From assembly GCF_000981785.2 (NCBI RefSeq), contig NZ_CP011304.1, positions 3,390,001-3,422,000 of the forward strand: a DNA stretch of 32,000 nucleotides, written 5' to 3'. Shown here piece after piece: positions 1-8,839 of the stretch. A program made the position numbers and the translations under genes. The notes beneath the pieces were generated by a model. The model saw only the letters and a program-made list of their open reading frames with translations. It was not told where the DNA came from and ran no database searches. The stretch's first letter is position 1. Every line of letters begins with the position of its first letter. The stretch is from Microcystis aeruginosa NIES-2549 (GTDB lineage: Bacteria > Cyanobacteriota > Cyanobacteriia > Cyanobacteriales > Microcystaceae).

Positions 1-43
1 GGTAATCTAACATTATGGCACGAGTGTATGGCTAATTTAGCAG

Positions 44-180
44 TTAGGGACTTGCGCTTTGATAATGTACCTTTTGGGCGAACGCAGTTCGCCCCTACAT
101 TGTGGACAAAATCCGTTACTGTAGGGGCGCAAAGCTTGCGCCCTCCGATCGATTGGGATATTATTCCCACGCAAGTCCCT
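44..180. repeat. Nested palindromic REP/MITE-like intergenic element
   Basis: agggacttgcg (46-56) is complementary to cgcaagtccct (170-180). Inside are two GC-rich hairpins, gggcgaac-gca-gttcgccc (76-94) and gggcgcaa-agc-ttgcgccc (125-143), plus cccctac (92-98) against gtagggg (121-127). Confidence 0.6.
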
Positions 181-333
181 TAGTTATTAGCTGACTTCTT
201 TGTGCTTCAGTATGGCTAGAATTGCCTGACATCGGAGATGGGGAGCCAAACTAAGGTAATCTGATTAACAGAGGCCCAAAATTACCGATTAGCCCCAGCA
301 TTAACCCCATTCTTCGCCATTATCGGCCGGTAA

Positions 334-354
334 GTCCTGACTCCTCACTCCTCA
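334..354. repeat. Heptamer tract GTCCTGA CTCCTCA CTCCTCA (reverse complement of the GGAGTCA family)
   Basis: Three tandem 7-mers read directly, ending 15 nt upstream of the glcE-like ATG. Confidence 0.7.
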
Positions 355-369
355 ATTCTTTTCTCAAAT

Positions 370-1656
370 ATGACTGCGATTGCTGCCCAGATAACTTCTA
401 TTTTACCCCCCGACACGACGGTTATTGCCTGGCCACAAGTGCCAAAAGAGGAACAAGAAAGATTATCAAGGGCAATTAGGGGCAAAAGTCCTGAAATTCT
501 AGTTTATCCCGCTAATACGGCCGCTTTAGCCTCTCTGGTGCGTTTTGCCAACGAAAATCGTCTGTCTTTATTGGCCTACGGTCAAGGCAGTAAATTAGAT
601 TGGGGTGGATTAGTCGAGTCGCCGGATATTTTAGTCAGTACCCAAAATCTCAACCGGATTATTGACCATGCTAGGGGAGATTTAACTATAACCGTGGAAG
701 CTGGGCTTAAACTAGCAGATTTACAGGCTTTTTTGGCTCCTAGCGGTCAATTTATTCCTCTAGATCCCAGTTATGCCCATAATGCCACGATTGGCGGTAT
801 TATGGCCACGGCCGATGCGGGAACATGGCGGCAAAGATACGGTGGTGTCCGGGATCTGATCCTAGGATTCTCCTTTATCCGTCACGATGGCGAGATTGCT
901 AAAGCTGGAGGGCGTGTGGTCAAAAATGTGGCGGGATACGACATGATGAAGCTATTTACGGGTTCCTACGGCACTTTAGGGATTATCGATCAAATTACCC
1001 TACGACTCTATCCCGAAACTGCTAACTCAGAAACCCTGATAATTAGAGGAAATAGCGAAAATATTAGCAAATTGAGTCAATTTATTCGGCAATCGTCCTT
1101 AACTCCCACCGTGGCTGAATGTTTAAACCCAGAGATGACGCAAGCACTAGGATTAGGGGAAAAAGTCGCTTTACTGCTGCGTTTTCAAAGCATTCCCGAA
1201 AGTATTAGCGAACAATCGCAACAGGTGAGTTATTTAGGACAACAGTTAGATTGTCAGACTAATTATTATCGGGATGAGGAAGAAATTTCTCTATGGCAAA
1301 GATACCGAAAAACAATGGATAATTATGACCAAGAGGGCAATTTTTTCGGCAAAATAGGATTATTACCCAGCAATTTAGCTCTAGTTATCGACCAAATTAA
1401 CGGACTAGCCTCGATTAATATTAGTAGTGGGGTGGGTAAAGTTATCTTAAAATCGGAGGAAAATCTTGACAAAATTCGCTCTTTATGCAGCGCCAATCAG
1501 GGTTATTTAACGGTGTTAACTGCGCCTCCATCGCTAAAAGAAAAAATTGAACCTTGGGGTTATACAGGTAACGCAATTACCACGATGAAAACCCTAAAAA
1601 CTAAATTCGATCCTCAAGGTATTTTTAGTCCTAAACGCTTTCTTAACAAAATCTAA
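370..1656 (+). CDS. glcE: FAD-linked oxidase, glycolate dehydrogenase/oxidase subunit GlcE-like
   Basis: 428-aa ORF with FAD-binding PCMH-type motifs (GQGSKLDWGG, VKNVAGYDMMKLFTGSYGTLG). A GlcF-like Fe-S subunit follows after 9 nt. Confidence 0.7.
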   Translation: MTAIAAQITSILPPDTTVIAWPQVPKEEQERLSRAIRGKSPEILVYPANTAALASLVRFANENRLSLLAYGQGSKLDWGGLVESPDILVSTQNLNRIIDHARGDLTITVEAGLKLADLQAFLAPSGQFIPLDPSYAHNATIGGIMATADAGTWRQRYGGVRDLILGFSFIRHDGEIAKAGGRVVKNVAGYDMMKLFTGSYGTLGIIDQITLRLYPETANSETLIIRGNSENISKLSQFIRQSSLTPTVAECLNPEMTQALGLGEKVALLLRFQSIPESISEQSQQVSYLGQQLDCQTNYYRDEEEISLWQRYRKTMDNYDQEGNFFGKIGLLPSNLALVIDQINGLASINISSGVGKVILKSEENLDKIRSLCSANQGYLTVLTAPPSLKEKIEPWGYTGNAITTMKTLKTKFDPQGIFSPKRFLNKI

Positions 1657-1665
1657 TTTAAAATC

Positions 1666-3021
1666 ATGCAAACCTCCGAACATTCCGTTAACTTTCAAGA
1701 ATTAATCGACCAAAAAAATCAAGGATTTGACCCCAAGAATCCCCCCGCTCAAGAATTAATCGATAGTTGTGTTCACTGTGGTTTTTGTCTATCTACCTGT
1801 CCCAGTTATCGAGTCATTGGCAAAGAAATGGACTCCCCCCGGGGCAGAATTTATCTGATGAATGCCATCAATAAAGGGGAAGCAGTTTTAGACGAAACCA
1901 CTAGCCAACATTTTGATACTTGTTTAGGCTGTTTAGCCTGTGTTAGTACCTGTCCATCGGGAGTACAATACGATCAATTAATCGCCGCAGTTCGTCCGCA
2001 AGTGGAACGCAATCAACCCCGCAGTTTTAAAGATAAAATTATTCGTTTTCTCATTTTTAATCTCTTTCCCTATCCCGTCCGTCTCAAATTATTTTTACCC
2101 TTCCTCTGGTTATATCAAACCCTGGGATTACAAACCCTAGTCAGGAAATCGGGTATCTTAAAAATGCTCTTTCCCCGTCTAGCGGCCATGGAATCAATTT
2201 TACCCCAAATTACTCTAAATTCTCTGTTTAAAAACTATGCCGATGTTATTCCCTCCCAAACGGAAAAACGCTATCGGGTGGGAGTAGTTTTAGGTTGTGT
2301 GCAGAGACTCTTTTTCTCGCCGGTAAATGAAGCAACAGTGCGGGTTTTAACTGCTAATGGTTGTGAAGTGGTTATCCCAAAAACCCAGGGTTGTTGTGCC
2401 GCTTTACCCGCACACCAAGGACAGGAGAAACAAGCGCAAAGTTTAGCCAGACAAATGATAGATAGTTTCGCAGCAACCGAGGTCGATTATATTATTATCA
2501 ATGCGGCGGGTTGTGGTCACACTCTCAAGGAATATCATCATATTTTAGCCGATGATCCTGAATATAAAGATAAGGCTAAGGAGTTTGTGGCTAAAGTACG
2601 CGATGCTCAAGAATTTTTAGATGCAGTGGGGTTAACTGCTGATTTATCGCCGATTACCGAGACAGAATTAACCCTAGTTTATCAAGATGCCTGTCATCTT
2701 TTACACGGACAAAAAATCTCGGTGCAGCCACGACAATTATTGCAAAAAATCCCCAATATTAACTTAAAAGAACCTATCGATGCGGCCTTGTGTTGTGGTA
2801 GTGCCGGAGTTTATAATATGCTACAGCCAGATACTGCCGATCAATTAGGTCAGCAGAAAGTACGCAATTTATTAAATACTGGGGCTGCGGTGATTGCTTC
2901 TCCTAATCCGGGTTGTTCCCTACAAATTAAAAAACATTTACAATTACAGGGAAAAGATACACCCGTTATTCATCCTATCGAATTATTAGATTATGCGATT
3001 CGCGGGCTGAAAATTGGCTAA
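1666..3021 (+). CDS. glcF: Glycolate dehydrogenase/oxidase iron-sulfur subunit GlcF
   Basis: Two ferredoxin-type cluster motifs (CVHCGFCLSTCP, CLGCLACVSTCP) and two cysteine-rich CCG-type regions (QGCCAALPA, ALCCGSAGVYN). Confidence 0.85.
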   Translation: MQTSEHSVNFQELIDQKNQGFDPKNPPAQELIDSCVHCGFCLSTCPSYRVIGKEMDSPRGRIYLMNAINKGEAVLDETTSQHFDTCLGCLACVSTCPSGVQYDQLIAAVRPQVERNQPRSFKDKIIRFLIFNLFPYPVRLKLFLPFLWLYQTLGLQTLVRKSGILKMLFPRLAAMESILPQITLNSLFKNYADVIPSQTEKRYRVGVVLGCVQRLFFSPVNEATVRVLTANGCEVVIPKTQGCCAALPAHQGQEKQAQSLARQMIDSFAATEVDYIIINAAGCGHTLKEYHHILADDPEYKDKAKEFVAKVRDAQEFLDAVGLTADLSPITETELTLVYQDACHLLHGQKISVQPRQLLQKIPNINLKEPIDAALCCGSAGVYNMLQPDTADQLGQQKVRNLLNTGAAVIASPNPGCSLQIKKHLQLQGKDTPVIHPIELLDYAIRGLKIG

Positions 3022-3162
3022 CTCCCACCATTTAAGCTGTGTTAGTGGCCTAGGGGAAGCAAAAGAAAACCCCACAGACAAAGACCTTGTAATGATAAAA
3101 TCGACAATGGCGAGGGCTTGGCCATTAGTATTTTTTGCGTCGGACTAGCAGGAGATAAAAGC

Positions 3163-4461
3163 GTGACCTTTAAGATTGGTTTACTCGGTTTCGGGGTTGT
3201 GGGGACGGGAACAGCGAAAATCCTCCTCGATCCTTTTGGTCGTCATCCCGTACTCAAAGAGATTACCATTGGACGAGTGGGAGTTAGATCCCTAGATAAA
3301 CCGAGAGAAATCGAGCTTTCCCCCCAACTGTTGACCACTGACCTAGAATCGATCGTTACTGACCCCGAAATTGATATTATTGTCGAATTATTGGGGGGTT
3401 TGGAACCAGCACGCTCTTTAATTCTCCAGGCAATCGCATCGGGAAAGCACGTTGTTACGGCAAATAAGGCGGTTATTGCCCGTTTTGGTGACGAAATCTA
3501 CGCAAAGGCCAACGAAAAAGGGGTTTATGTCCTTCTAGAAGCGGCCGTGGGTGGTGGCATTCCCGTCATTAAACCCTTGAAACAATCCCTCGGCGCTAAT
3601 CGTATCAGCAGCATCATGGGAATTGTCAACGGCACAACTAACTATATTCTCACGGAAATGAGCCAAAAAGGGGCAGATTTTAGCGAAGTGCTGGCCAAAG
3701 CGCAGGAATTAGGCTATGCAGAAGCGGATCCCACTGCGGACGTGGATGGATTCGACGCGGCCGATAAAATCGCCATTTTAGCTTCTTTGGGTTTTGGAGG
3801 TCGGGTAAAACGGGAAGATGTTTACTGTGAAGGTATCCGACAAGTTAGCGCCGTCGATATCGCCTACGCTGATAGACTGGGATTTGTGATTAAATTATTA
3901 GCGATTGCGAAAGATACGGTTAAGGAGGATTCCGATACCCTAGAGTTGCGGGTTCATCCAACCCTAGTACCGAAAAACCATCCCCTCGCTAATGCTAACG
4001 GAGTCTATAACGCTATTCTCGTCGAGGGGGAACCCTTGGGACAAGTGATGTTTTATGGACCGGGTGCCGGTAGCGGACCGACGGCCAGCGCGGTAGTATC
4101 GGATGTGATGAATATCGTCGGAATTTTAAAAAGTAGTGGCAAAACCAAGGAACTTGACCCGCTTTTAAGCTGTGTTCACCAGCATTATTGTCAAATCGCC
4201 CCGATGGAGGATTTATCGACCCGTTTTTATGCTCGTTTTCTCTGTCGCGATGTGCCGGGGGTCATCGGTCATTTAGGTATGGCTTTCGGCGACCATGGGG
4301 TTAGTCTAGAATCCGTGGTACAAATTGGTATTAGGGGTGATTTAGCCGAAATTGTCGTTGTCACCCACGATGTGCGCGAGGGCAATTTCCGCAACGCTTT
4401 AGTGGCAATAGAGTCTTTAGAAGCTATTGACAGTATTCCCAGTATTCTCCGGGTTTTGTAA
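3163..4461 (+). CDS. hom: Homoserine dehydrogenase
   Basis: N-terminal Rossmann motif KIGLLGFGVVGTG, then VVTANKA, and an ACT-like C-terminus. I prefer the GTG at 3163 (GGAG at 3151-3154) over the TTG at 3118 in the ORF track. Confidence 0.9.
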   Translation: MTFKIGLLGFGVVGTGTAKILLDPFGRHPVLKEITIGRVGVRSLDKPREIELSPQLLTTDLESIVTDPEIDIIVELLGGLEPARSLILQAIASGKHVVTANKAVIARFGDEIYAKANEKGVYVLLEAAVGGGIPVIKPLKQSLGANRISSIMGIVNGTTNYILTEMSQKGADFSEVLAKAQELGYAEADPTADVDGFDAADKIAILASLGFGGRVKREDVYCEGIRQVSAVDIAYADRLGFVIKLLAIAKDTVKEDSDTLELRVHPTLVPKNHPLANANGVYNAILVEGEPLGQVMFYGPGAGSGPTASAVVSDVMNIVGILKSSGKTKELDPLLSCVHQHYCQIAPMEDLSTRFYARFLCRDVPGVIGHLGMAFGDHGVSLESVVQIGIRGDLAEIVVVTHDVREGNFRNALVAIESLEAIDSIPSILRVL

Positions 4462-4480
4462 TTAAGAAATCGCTTTTTTT

Positions 4481-5389
4481 ATGGTCATGGGTCGGAGAAT
4501 CAAACGTGAGAAAATTTGGCTAAGTTTCACTAGCACAATTTTGTTTTTTTGTCTAGGTTTTTTGGGCTTAAATCAAAAATTAATTTTTGCCCAAGGGTCT
4601 GATAATGTTTGTCCCCTGCCGATTTTATCAAGGTTACAACGCCATAAAATCCAAGCGGGAGAAACAATCGCCTCCATCGCCGAAAAATACGCTCTTATCC
4701 CGGCAACGATAATTAAACTCAATCCGACTATTCTCAAAAATGGTTTGGCCCCCGTCGGTCAAGAAATCTTCATTCCCCCCATAAACGGCATTCGCATCGA
4801 AGCACCCAAGGGTTCCACTTGGCGAGATTTAGAAGCAGCATCAGGTATTCGTGCTGATATACTCTTTGAGCTTAACGGTTGTGGTCGTCGGCCGACAATA
4901 GTTTTTATCCCCGGCACCAATTGGTCTGCCGCCGGCAAGCGCTCGGATTATACTGGATTAAGTTCTTATCCCTTACCCTTGGCCAGTACCGTCGGATTAG
5001 CCTACGGTTGGCAAAAAAGCCCCACGGAACAGAAAAATCTCTTTCATAGTGGTATTGATGTTCTTTCCCCTATTGGTACAAATGTTTTAGCTGCCGAGGA
5101 TGGTCTAGTGATTTATGTGGGTCAGGAAGGGGCCTATGGTAATTTGGTAGTGATTAATCATTTAGGTCGCCGGCAGACCCGTTATGCCCATTTAAGCAGG
5201 GTTACAGTGAGAATTGACCAACGGGTACGAGCAGGAGACGTTATCGGTGCGGTTGGGACCACGGGACAACCGGATATTATTCCCCCCCATCTTCATTTTG
5301 AGGTGCGCTTAGATACTCCCGTCGGTTGGACAGCGCAGGATCCAGCTTTGCATTTGCCCCAAATTGGCCCGCAATCAAGTCAAAAGTAA
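4481..5389 (+). CDS. LysM-domain M23 family metallopeptidase with N-terminal membrane anchor/signal
   Basis: Hydrophobic N-terminus, LysM-like HKIQAGETIASIAEKYALIPATIIKLNP, and M23 motifs HSGIDV and GTTGQPDIIPPHLHFEV. Confidence 0.85.
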   Translation: MVMGRRIKREKIWLSFTSTILFFCLGFLGLNQKLIFAQGSDNVCPLPILSRLQRHKIQAGETIASIAEKYALIPATIIKLNPTILKNGLAPVGQEIFIPPINGIRIEAPKGSTWRDLEAASGIRADILFELNGCGRRPTIVFIPGTNWSAAGKRSDYTGLSSYPLPLASTVGLAYGWQKSPTEQKNLFHSGIDVLSPIGTNVLAAEDGLVIYVGQEGAYGNLVVINHLGRRQTRYAHLSRVTVRIDQRVRAGDVIGAVGTTGQPDIIPPHLHFEVRLDTPVGWTAQDPALHLPQIGPQSSQK

Positions 5390-5442
5390 ACGGTCAAGTG
5401 GGATTAAGTAGTTGGACAAAAGTAAAGTTAACTGTGGGGTAA

Positions 5443-5464
5443 GGAGTCAGGAGTCAGGAGTCAG
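5443..5464. repeat. Heptamer tract (GGAGTCA)x3
   Basis: ggagtca ggagtca ggagtca g read directly in the spacer. Confidence 0.8.
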
Positions 5465-5530
5465 TAGCCGGTCGTTTCAGGCTTTGTTGCCCTCTTTTTT
5501 TGTACCAAATAATGATAATGCAAGGTTTTT

Positions 5531-5675
5531 GGCTCTCTTATTCTTTGTATGATAAGTTTAACTTATATAGTAGCGATCAGTCTTTGTGTCCTTTGTGTCT
5601 CTGTGGTTCTTTCCACTCACTTGCCCGGAAGACTGTATCTTAGAATACATTTTACCCACCAAACCTAAGAGAGCC
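5531..5675. mobile_element. 145-bp MITE-like element, copy A
   Basis: Terminal inverted repeat ggctctctta ... taagagagcc. It aligns over its whole length (13 mismatches by my count) with 23731-23875 and has no ORF. Confidence 0.7.
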
Positions 5676-5719
5676 AAAAATCCCCCTCTTTGGGGAGAAG
5701 GGGAAAAGCCAACCCAAGA

Positions 5720-6874
5720 TTAACCCTGCACCATCACAGAGGCAGCCGCAGCCACACCGGCGCCGGGGGTGACACCTTCGACACCTAACTCGATTAAAGT
5801 CGCTTCAATGGCAGCGATAACCGTGAGGATATCCCTCTCACTGGCAAAACCTAAATGACCGATACGGAAGATTTTACCCTTGAGGTGATCCTGACCACCA
5901 GCCACAGCGATGTCGAACTTTTTATTGAGAGTCGAACGAATTTTTTCCGCATCTACTAGAGTGGGGGCCACCGCAGTAATCGCCGTGGAAGCGCAGGAAT
6001 CCGCCGCGTAGAGGGGCAAATTCAGGGCCTGCATACCGGCCCGCGTCATCTTCGTTAAGCGTTGGTGACGGGCGAAAATTGCCGCTAATCCCTCTCTTCT
6101 CATCATTTGCAGAGAAGCTTGTAAACCGTACATCAGGTTAACTGGAGGGGTAAAGGGGGAACTATCCTCATCGGTGGCTTTTTTGTATTTGCCCAAATCT
6201 AGATAAAAACGGGGCAGTTTGGCGGTTTCGTAGGCTTTCCAAGCTTTTTGACTTACGGAAACAAAACCTAAACCGGGAGGAATCATATAACCTTTCTGGG
6301 AACCAGAACCGACCACATCTAAACCCCATTCGTCGATGGGAATATGATAAGCCCCTAAACTGGTGACGGCATCGACGATGATTAAAGCTTCCCCGTGGTT
6401 TTTTACCGCTTTGTTAATGCTTTCCAAGTCATTGAGGACCCCGGTGGAAGTTTCCGAATGGGTGATAATTACCGCTTTGATGGCTTTTTCCTTGTCTTCG
6501 GTCAGTTTAGCAGTGAATGCCTCGTGATCTAGGGGTTTACCCCATTCTGCCTTAATGATATCCACATTTAAGCCGTAGGCTTTCGCCACTTTCGCCCAAC
6601 GTTCCCCAAATTTACCATTATCCCCCACCAAAACTCGATCGCCGGGGCTGAGAAAATTAATAATTCCCGCTTCCATGACACCGGTTCCCGAAGCGGTTAA
6701 CATTAAAACATCGCCACTGGTTTGATGCAACCATTTGAGATTTTCGGTTAATTCGGCGATTACCTTGCTAAAAGCACCCGTCCGATGACCTATCGGTGCT
6801 TTAGCCATAGCCAATAATACCGCTTCCGGCACTGGTGTGGGGCCGGGAATCATCAACATATTTTTATTTTCCAT
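5720..6874 (-). CDS. Class V PLP aminotransferase (alanine-glyoxylate / serine-pyruvate aminotransferase type; the so-called soluble hydrogenase small subunit of cyanobacteria)
   Basis: 384-aa ORF with N-terminal MLMIPGPTPVP, the PLP-lysine region GSGSQKGYMIPPG, and FRIGHLG near the C-terminus. Confidence 0.85.
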   Translation of the reverse strand: MENKNMLMIPGPTPVPEAVLLAMAKAPIGHRTGAFSKVIAELTENLKWLHQTSGDVLMLTASGTGVMEAGIINFLSPGDRVLVGDNGKFGERWAKVAKAYGLNVDIIKAEWGKPLDHEAFTAKLTEDKEKAIKAVIITHSETSTGVLNDLESINKAVKNHGEALIIVDAVTSLGAYHIPIDEWGLDVVGSGSQKGYMIPPGLGFVSVSQKAWKAYETAKLPRFYLDLGKYKKATDEDSSPFTPPVNLMYGLQASLQMMRREGLAAIFARHQRLTKMTRAGMQALNLPLYAADSCASTAITAVAPTLVDAEKIRSTLNKKFDIAVAGGQDHLKGKIFRIGHLGFASERDILTVIAAIEATLIELGVEGVTPGAGVAAAASVMVQG

Positions 6875-6997
6875 GGTTCGTCCTCTCTCGTTGGGCCATA
6901 TTTAACAAAGATAAAAAACCAAATCTCGATCGCATCAATTCTGAGGGGTTGATTTAAGATTTGGCAAACTCTGATTATATCCCGGCAGATAGCCTTG

Positions 6998-7087
6998 TCA
7001 GTTATCAGTGATCAGTTAGCAGTTATCAGTTATCAGATGTGAGTTTTCAGTTCACTGATTACTGTTTACTGTTTACTGATCACTGAA
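6998..7087. repeat. Long imperfect palindrome built from CAGTTAT-type heptamers
   Basis: The left arm gtcagttatcagtgatcagttagcagttatcagttatcag faces the right arm cactgattactgtttactgtttactgatcactgaac. It lies in the leader of the aminotransferase gene. Confidence 0.7.
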
Positions 7088-7260
7088 CTTGCTATGGTTC
7101 GATAGGGTGGCATAAATCGACTAAATCCTTATCTGGCAAGAGTTCTATTGATTAGTTCCTTCTAGAGCGAAAACAATTGACAAAAATCGCTAAATGTCTT
7201 TTTCTATAAGGGTTTCATCCCTTATAACCCCGTCCATTGCATAGCACAAACCGAAGAACC

Positions 7261-7281
7261 ATAACTGATAACTGATGACTG
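7261..7281. repeat. Heptamer tract ATAACTG ATAACTG ATGACTG
   Basis: Read directly, 9 nt downstream of the trpC stop. Confidence 0.75.
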
Positions 7282-7289
7282 AAAAACCC

Positions 7290-8180
7290 CTAACCGAGAT
7301 TTTCAAAGAGTTTTTGGATACCTGCGGCAGGATCGGGCAGTTTTACCAAAGATTCGCCGATTAGAACCGCATTTGCTCCCGCTTGCTTCACTTTCGCCAC
7401 ATCTGTTGCTGTGTGTAATCCCGATTCGCTGACGATCAGAATACCTTTTTCTCGCACCTTTTCGCCCCTGGCTTCTAGTAATTGGCGAGTATTGTCTAAA
7501 TCGACTTTAAATGTCTCTAAATTGCGGTTATTAATGCCGATTAGTTCGATTCCCTCAATGGCTAACACTCGATCGAATTCGGCCAGACTATGCACCTCTA
7601 CCAAAGCTGTCATCCCTAAACCCTTGACAATTTTGACAAAATATGCTATGTCTTGATCGCTTAAAATAGCGGCAATTAAAAGGACAGCATCGGCTCCTTG
7701 AGAGCGAGCGTAGTAGATTTGATAGGGATAAAGGATAAATTCCTTGCATAATAGGGGTAAAGATACCGCTTGCCGGACGAGGCTAAGATTTTCGTAACTA
7801 CCTTGAAAAAACTTACTATCGGTTAAAACCGATAAACAAGTGGCCCCTCCCTGTTCATAGGTACGGGCGATCGCTACAGGATCAAAATCTTCGCGGATGA
7901 CTCCCTTGCTAGGGGAAGCTTTTTTCACTTCGGCAATCAAAGCGGGTTGGGTTTTACCCTGTTTTAAGGCGGCTAAAAAGTCGCAAGGTGGCGCAGTATT
8001 GGCTATTTTTTTGCGTAATTCCAATAAAGGCAACCGCTCGCGCAATTTATCGACTTCGATCTCCTTATGCCAAACGATTTCTTCTAAAATATTTTGTGGT
8101 TGTGCCTCTGGCACTTTCACCACATAACTCAAACTCTCAACTTTGACGGCAGGATTGGGGTGTTTTCTTCGGATCTGCAT
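7290..8180 (-). CDS. trpC: Indole-3-glycerol phosphate synthase
   Basis: Motifs [29 protein letters not shown] and VSESGL. Confidence 0.92.
   Translation of the reverse strand: MQIRRKHPNPAVKVESLSYVVKVPEAQPQNILEEIVWHKEIEVDKLRERLPLLELRKKIANTAPPCDFLAALKQGKTQPALIAEVKKASPSKGVIREDFDPVAIARTYEQGGATCLSVLTDSKFFQGSYENLSLVRQAVSLPLLCKEFILYPYQIYYARSQGADAVLLIAAILSDQDIAYFVKIVKGLGMTALVEVHSLAEFDRVLAIEGIELIGINNRNLETFKVDLDNTRQLLEARGEKVREKGILIVSESGLHTATDVAKVKQAGANAVLIGESLVKLPDPAAGIQKLFENLG
7867..7874. repeat. HIP1 octamer GCGATCGC (representative copy)
   Basis: The same octamer also occurs at 10704, 11696, 14984, 17957 and 22648, among others. HIP1 abundance is a cyanobacterial hallmark. Confidence 0.8.
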
Positions 8181-8201
8181 TTTCTCACTGTCCAGAGCGT
8201 G

Positions 8202-8230
8202 AACAGTGATTAGTTTAACAGTGATTAGTT
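8202..8230. repeat. Tandem 14-mer aacagtgattagtt x2
   Basis: Copies at 8202-8215 and 8217-8230 are identical and lie in the trpC leader. Confidence 0.75.
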
Positions 8231-8235
8231 ATCGG

Positions 8236-8279
8236 GAATATCTCTAGAGACGCAGTCAACCACGTCTCTAGAGATATTC
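8236..8279 (-). terminator. Perfect 17-bp stem hairpin, likely terminator of the small ORF upstream or a protein-binding palindrome
   Basis: gaatatctctagagacg (8236-8252) and cgtctctagagatattc (8263-8279) flank a 10-nt loop. Each arm contains the self-complementary tctctagaga. There is no U-tract. Confidence 0.45.
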
Positions 8280-8327
8280 ATCTATAACTTTTGTGGATAT
8301 TGCCAGTCTTCACCAATCTCCTCAAGG

Positions 8328-8540
8328 CTATTGCATAGCTTCGATCGAACGTTCTAAAATTTGATCTTGACGTTTTTCTTCTTCTTGGCGATTTTCAGTT
8401 AACAAAACCCGTGCTTTCGCAGTTTCTGCCTCTCCTTCCCCCAAAAGCTCCCCTGTACGAGTTAAGACATTTTCTTCGAGCATTCCTTCTGCTTGTCGTT
8501 CTTGGGTTAAATTAAGACGTGCTTTTTCTTCAATATTCAT
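8328..8540 (-). CDS. Small highly charged hypothetical protein (70 aa)
   Basis: The ORF has AAGGA about 8 nt upstream of the ATG and a strong hairpin about 50 nt downstream. I recognise no family. Confidence 0.4.
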   Translation of the reverse strand: MNIEEKARLNLTQERQAEGMLEENVLTRTGELLGEGEAETAKARVLLTENRQEEEKRQDQILERSIEAMQ

Positions 8541-8839
8541 AAATTTATCCTTGCCACAGGTGCGATCAACTTCTACCTTCAGTCTGACACAAATTTACTA
8601 TTCTGTATCATTAACTACAGAAAAATTTAGAATCTTATTAGTGAAACTGAGATTTAGGTATTTGTTCTCATTCTTTAAATGGACAGGGATCGATCGACCT
8701 AAAGCTATAAAATAAAACCTATGGAACAATTCCCCAGCGTAATCAAGCTTGTATATCGGGGTAATAATTATCGATTGCCTAAACCAACAGATTTCTGGAC
8801 AGTATCCGACTCTATCGTAATATCCTATTTGCAGAGCTT

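Noticed and set aside
3118-3162. 5' extensions from the ORF track for hom. The same applies to shc (14528-14557), rpsB (16440-16469), the blaI-like gene (18334-18402), the LpxB-related gene (20292-20348), the DUF3288-like gene (9505-9519) and the DUF6883-like gene (29615-29659)
   Set aside because: The extensions start at non-ATG codons or run through repeats or upstream genes. Conserved N-terminal motifs and SD-like sequences support the internal starts.
5676-5719. Possible terminator for the aminotransferase gene (tcccc-aaaga-ggggg followed by TTTTT on the minus strand)
   Set aside because: The stem is only about 5 bp, and the T-run is actually the flank of the MITE. It is too weak to call.
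7092-7262. Possible MITE bounded by gctatggttc ... gaaccataac
   Set aside because: Only about 8-9 bp of imperfect inverted repeat is present, there is no second copy in the window and no target duplication. That is insufficient.
7411-7656. 81-aa plus-strand ORF, and also 7897-8127 (76 aa)
   Set aside because: Both lie entirely antisense within trpC, have low-complexity Ser/Leu-rich composition and no start context. They are shadow ORFs.
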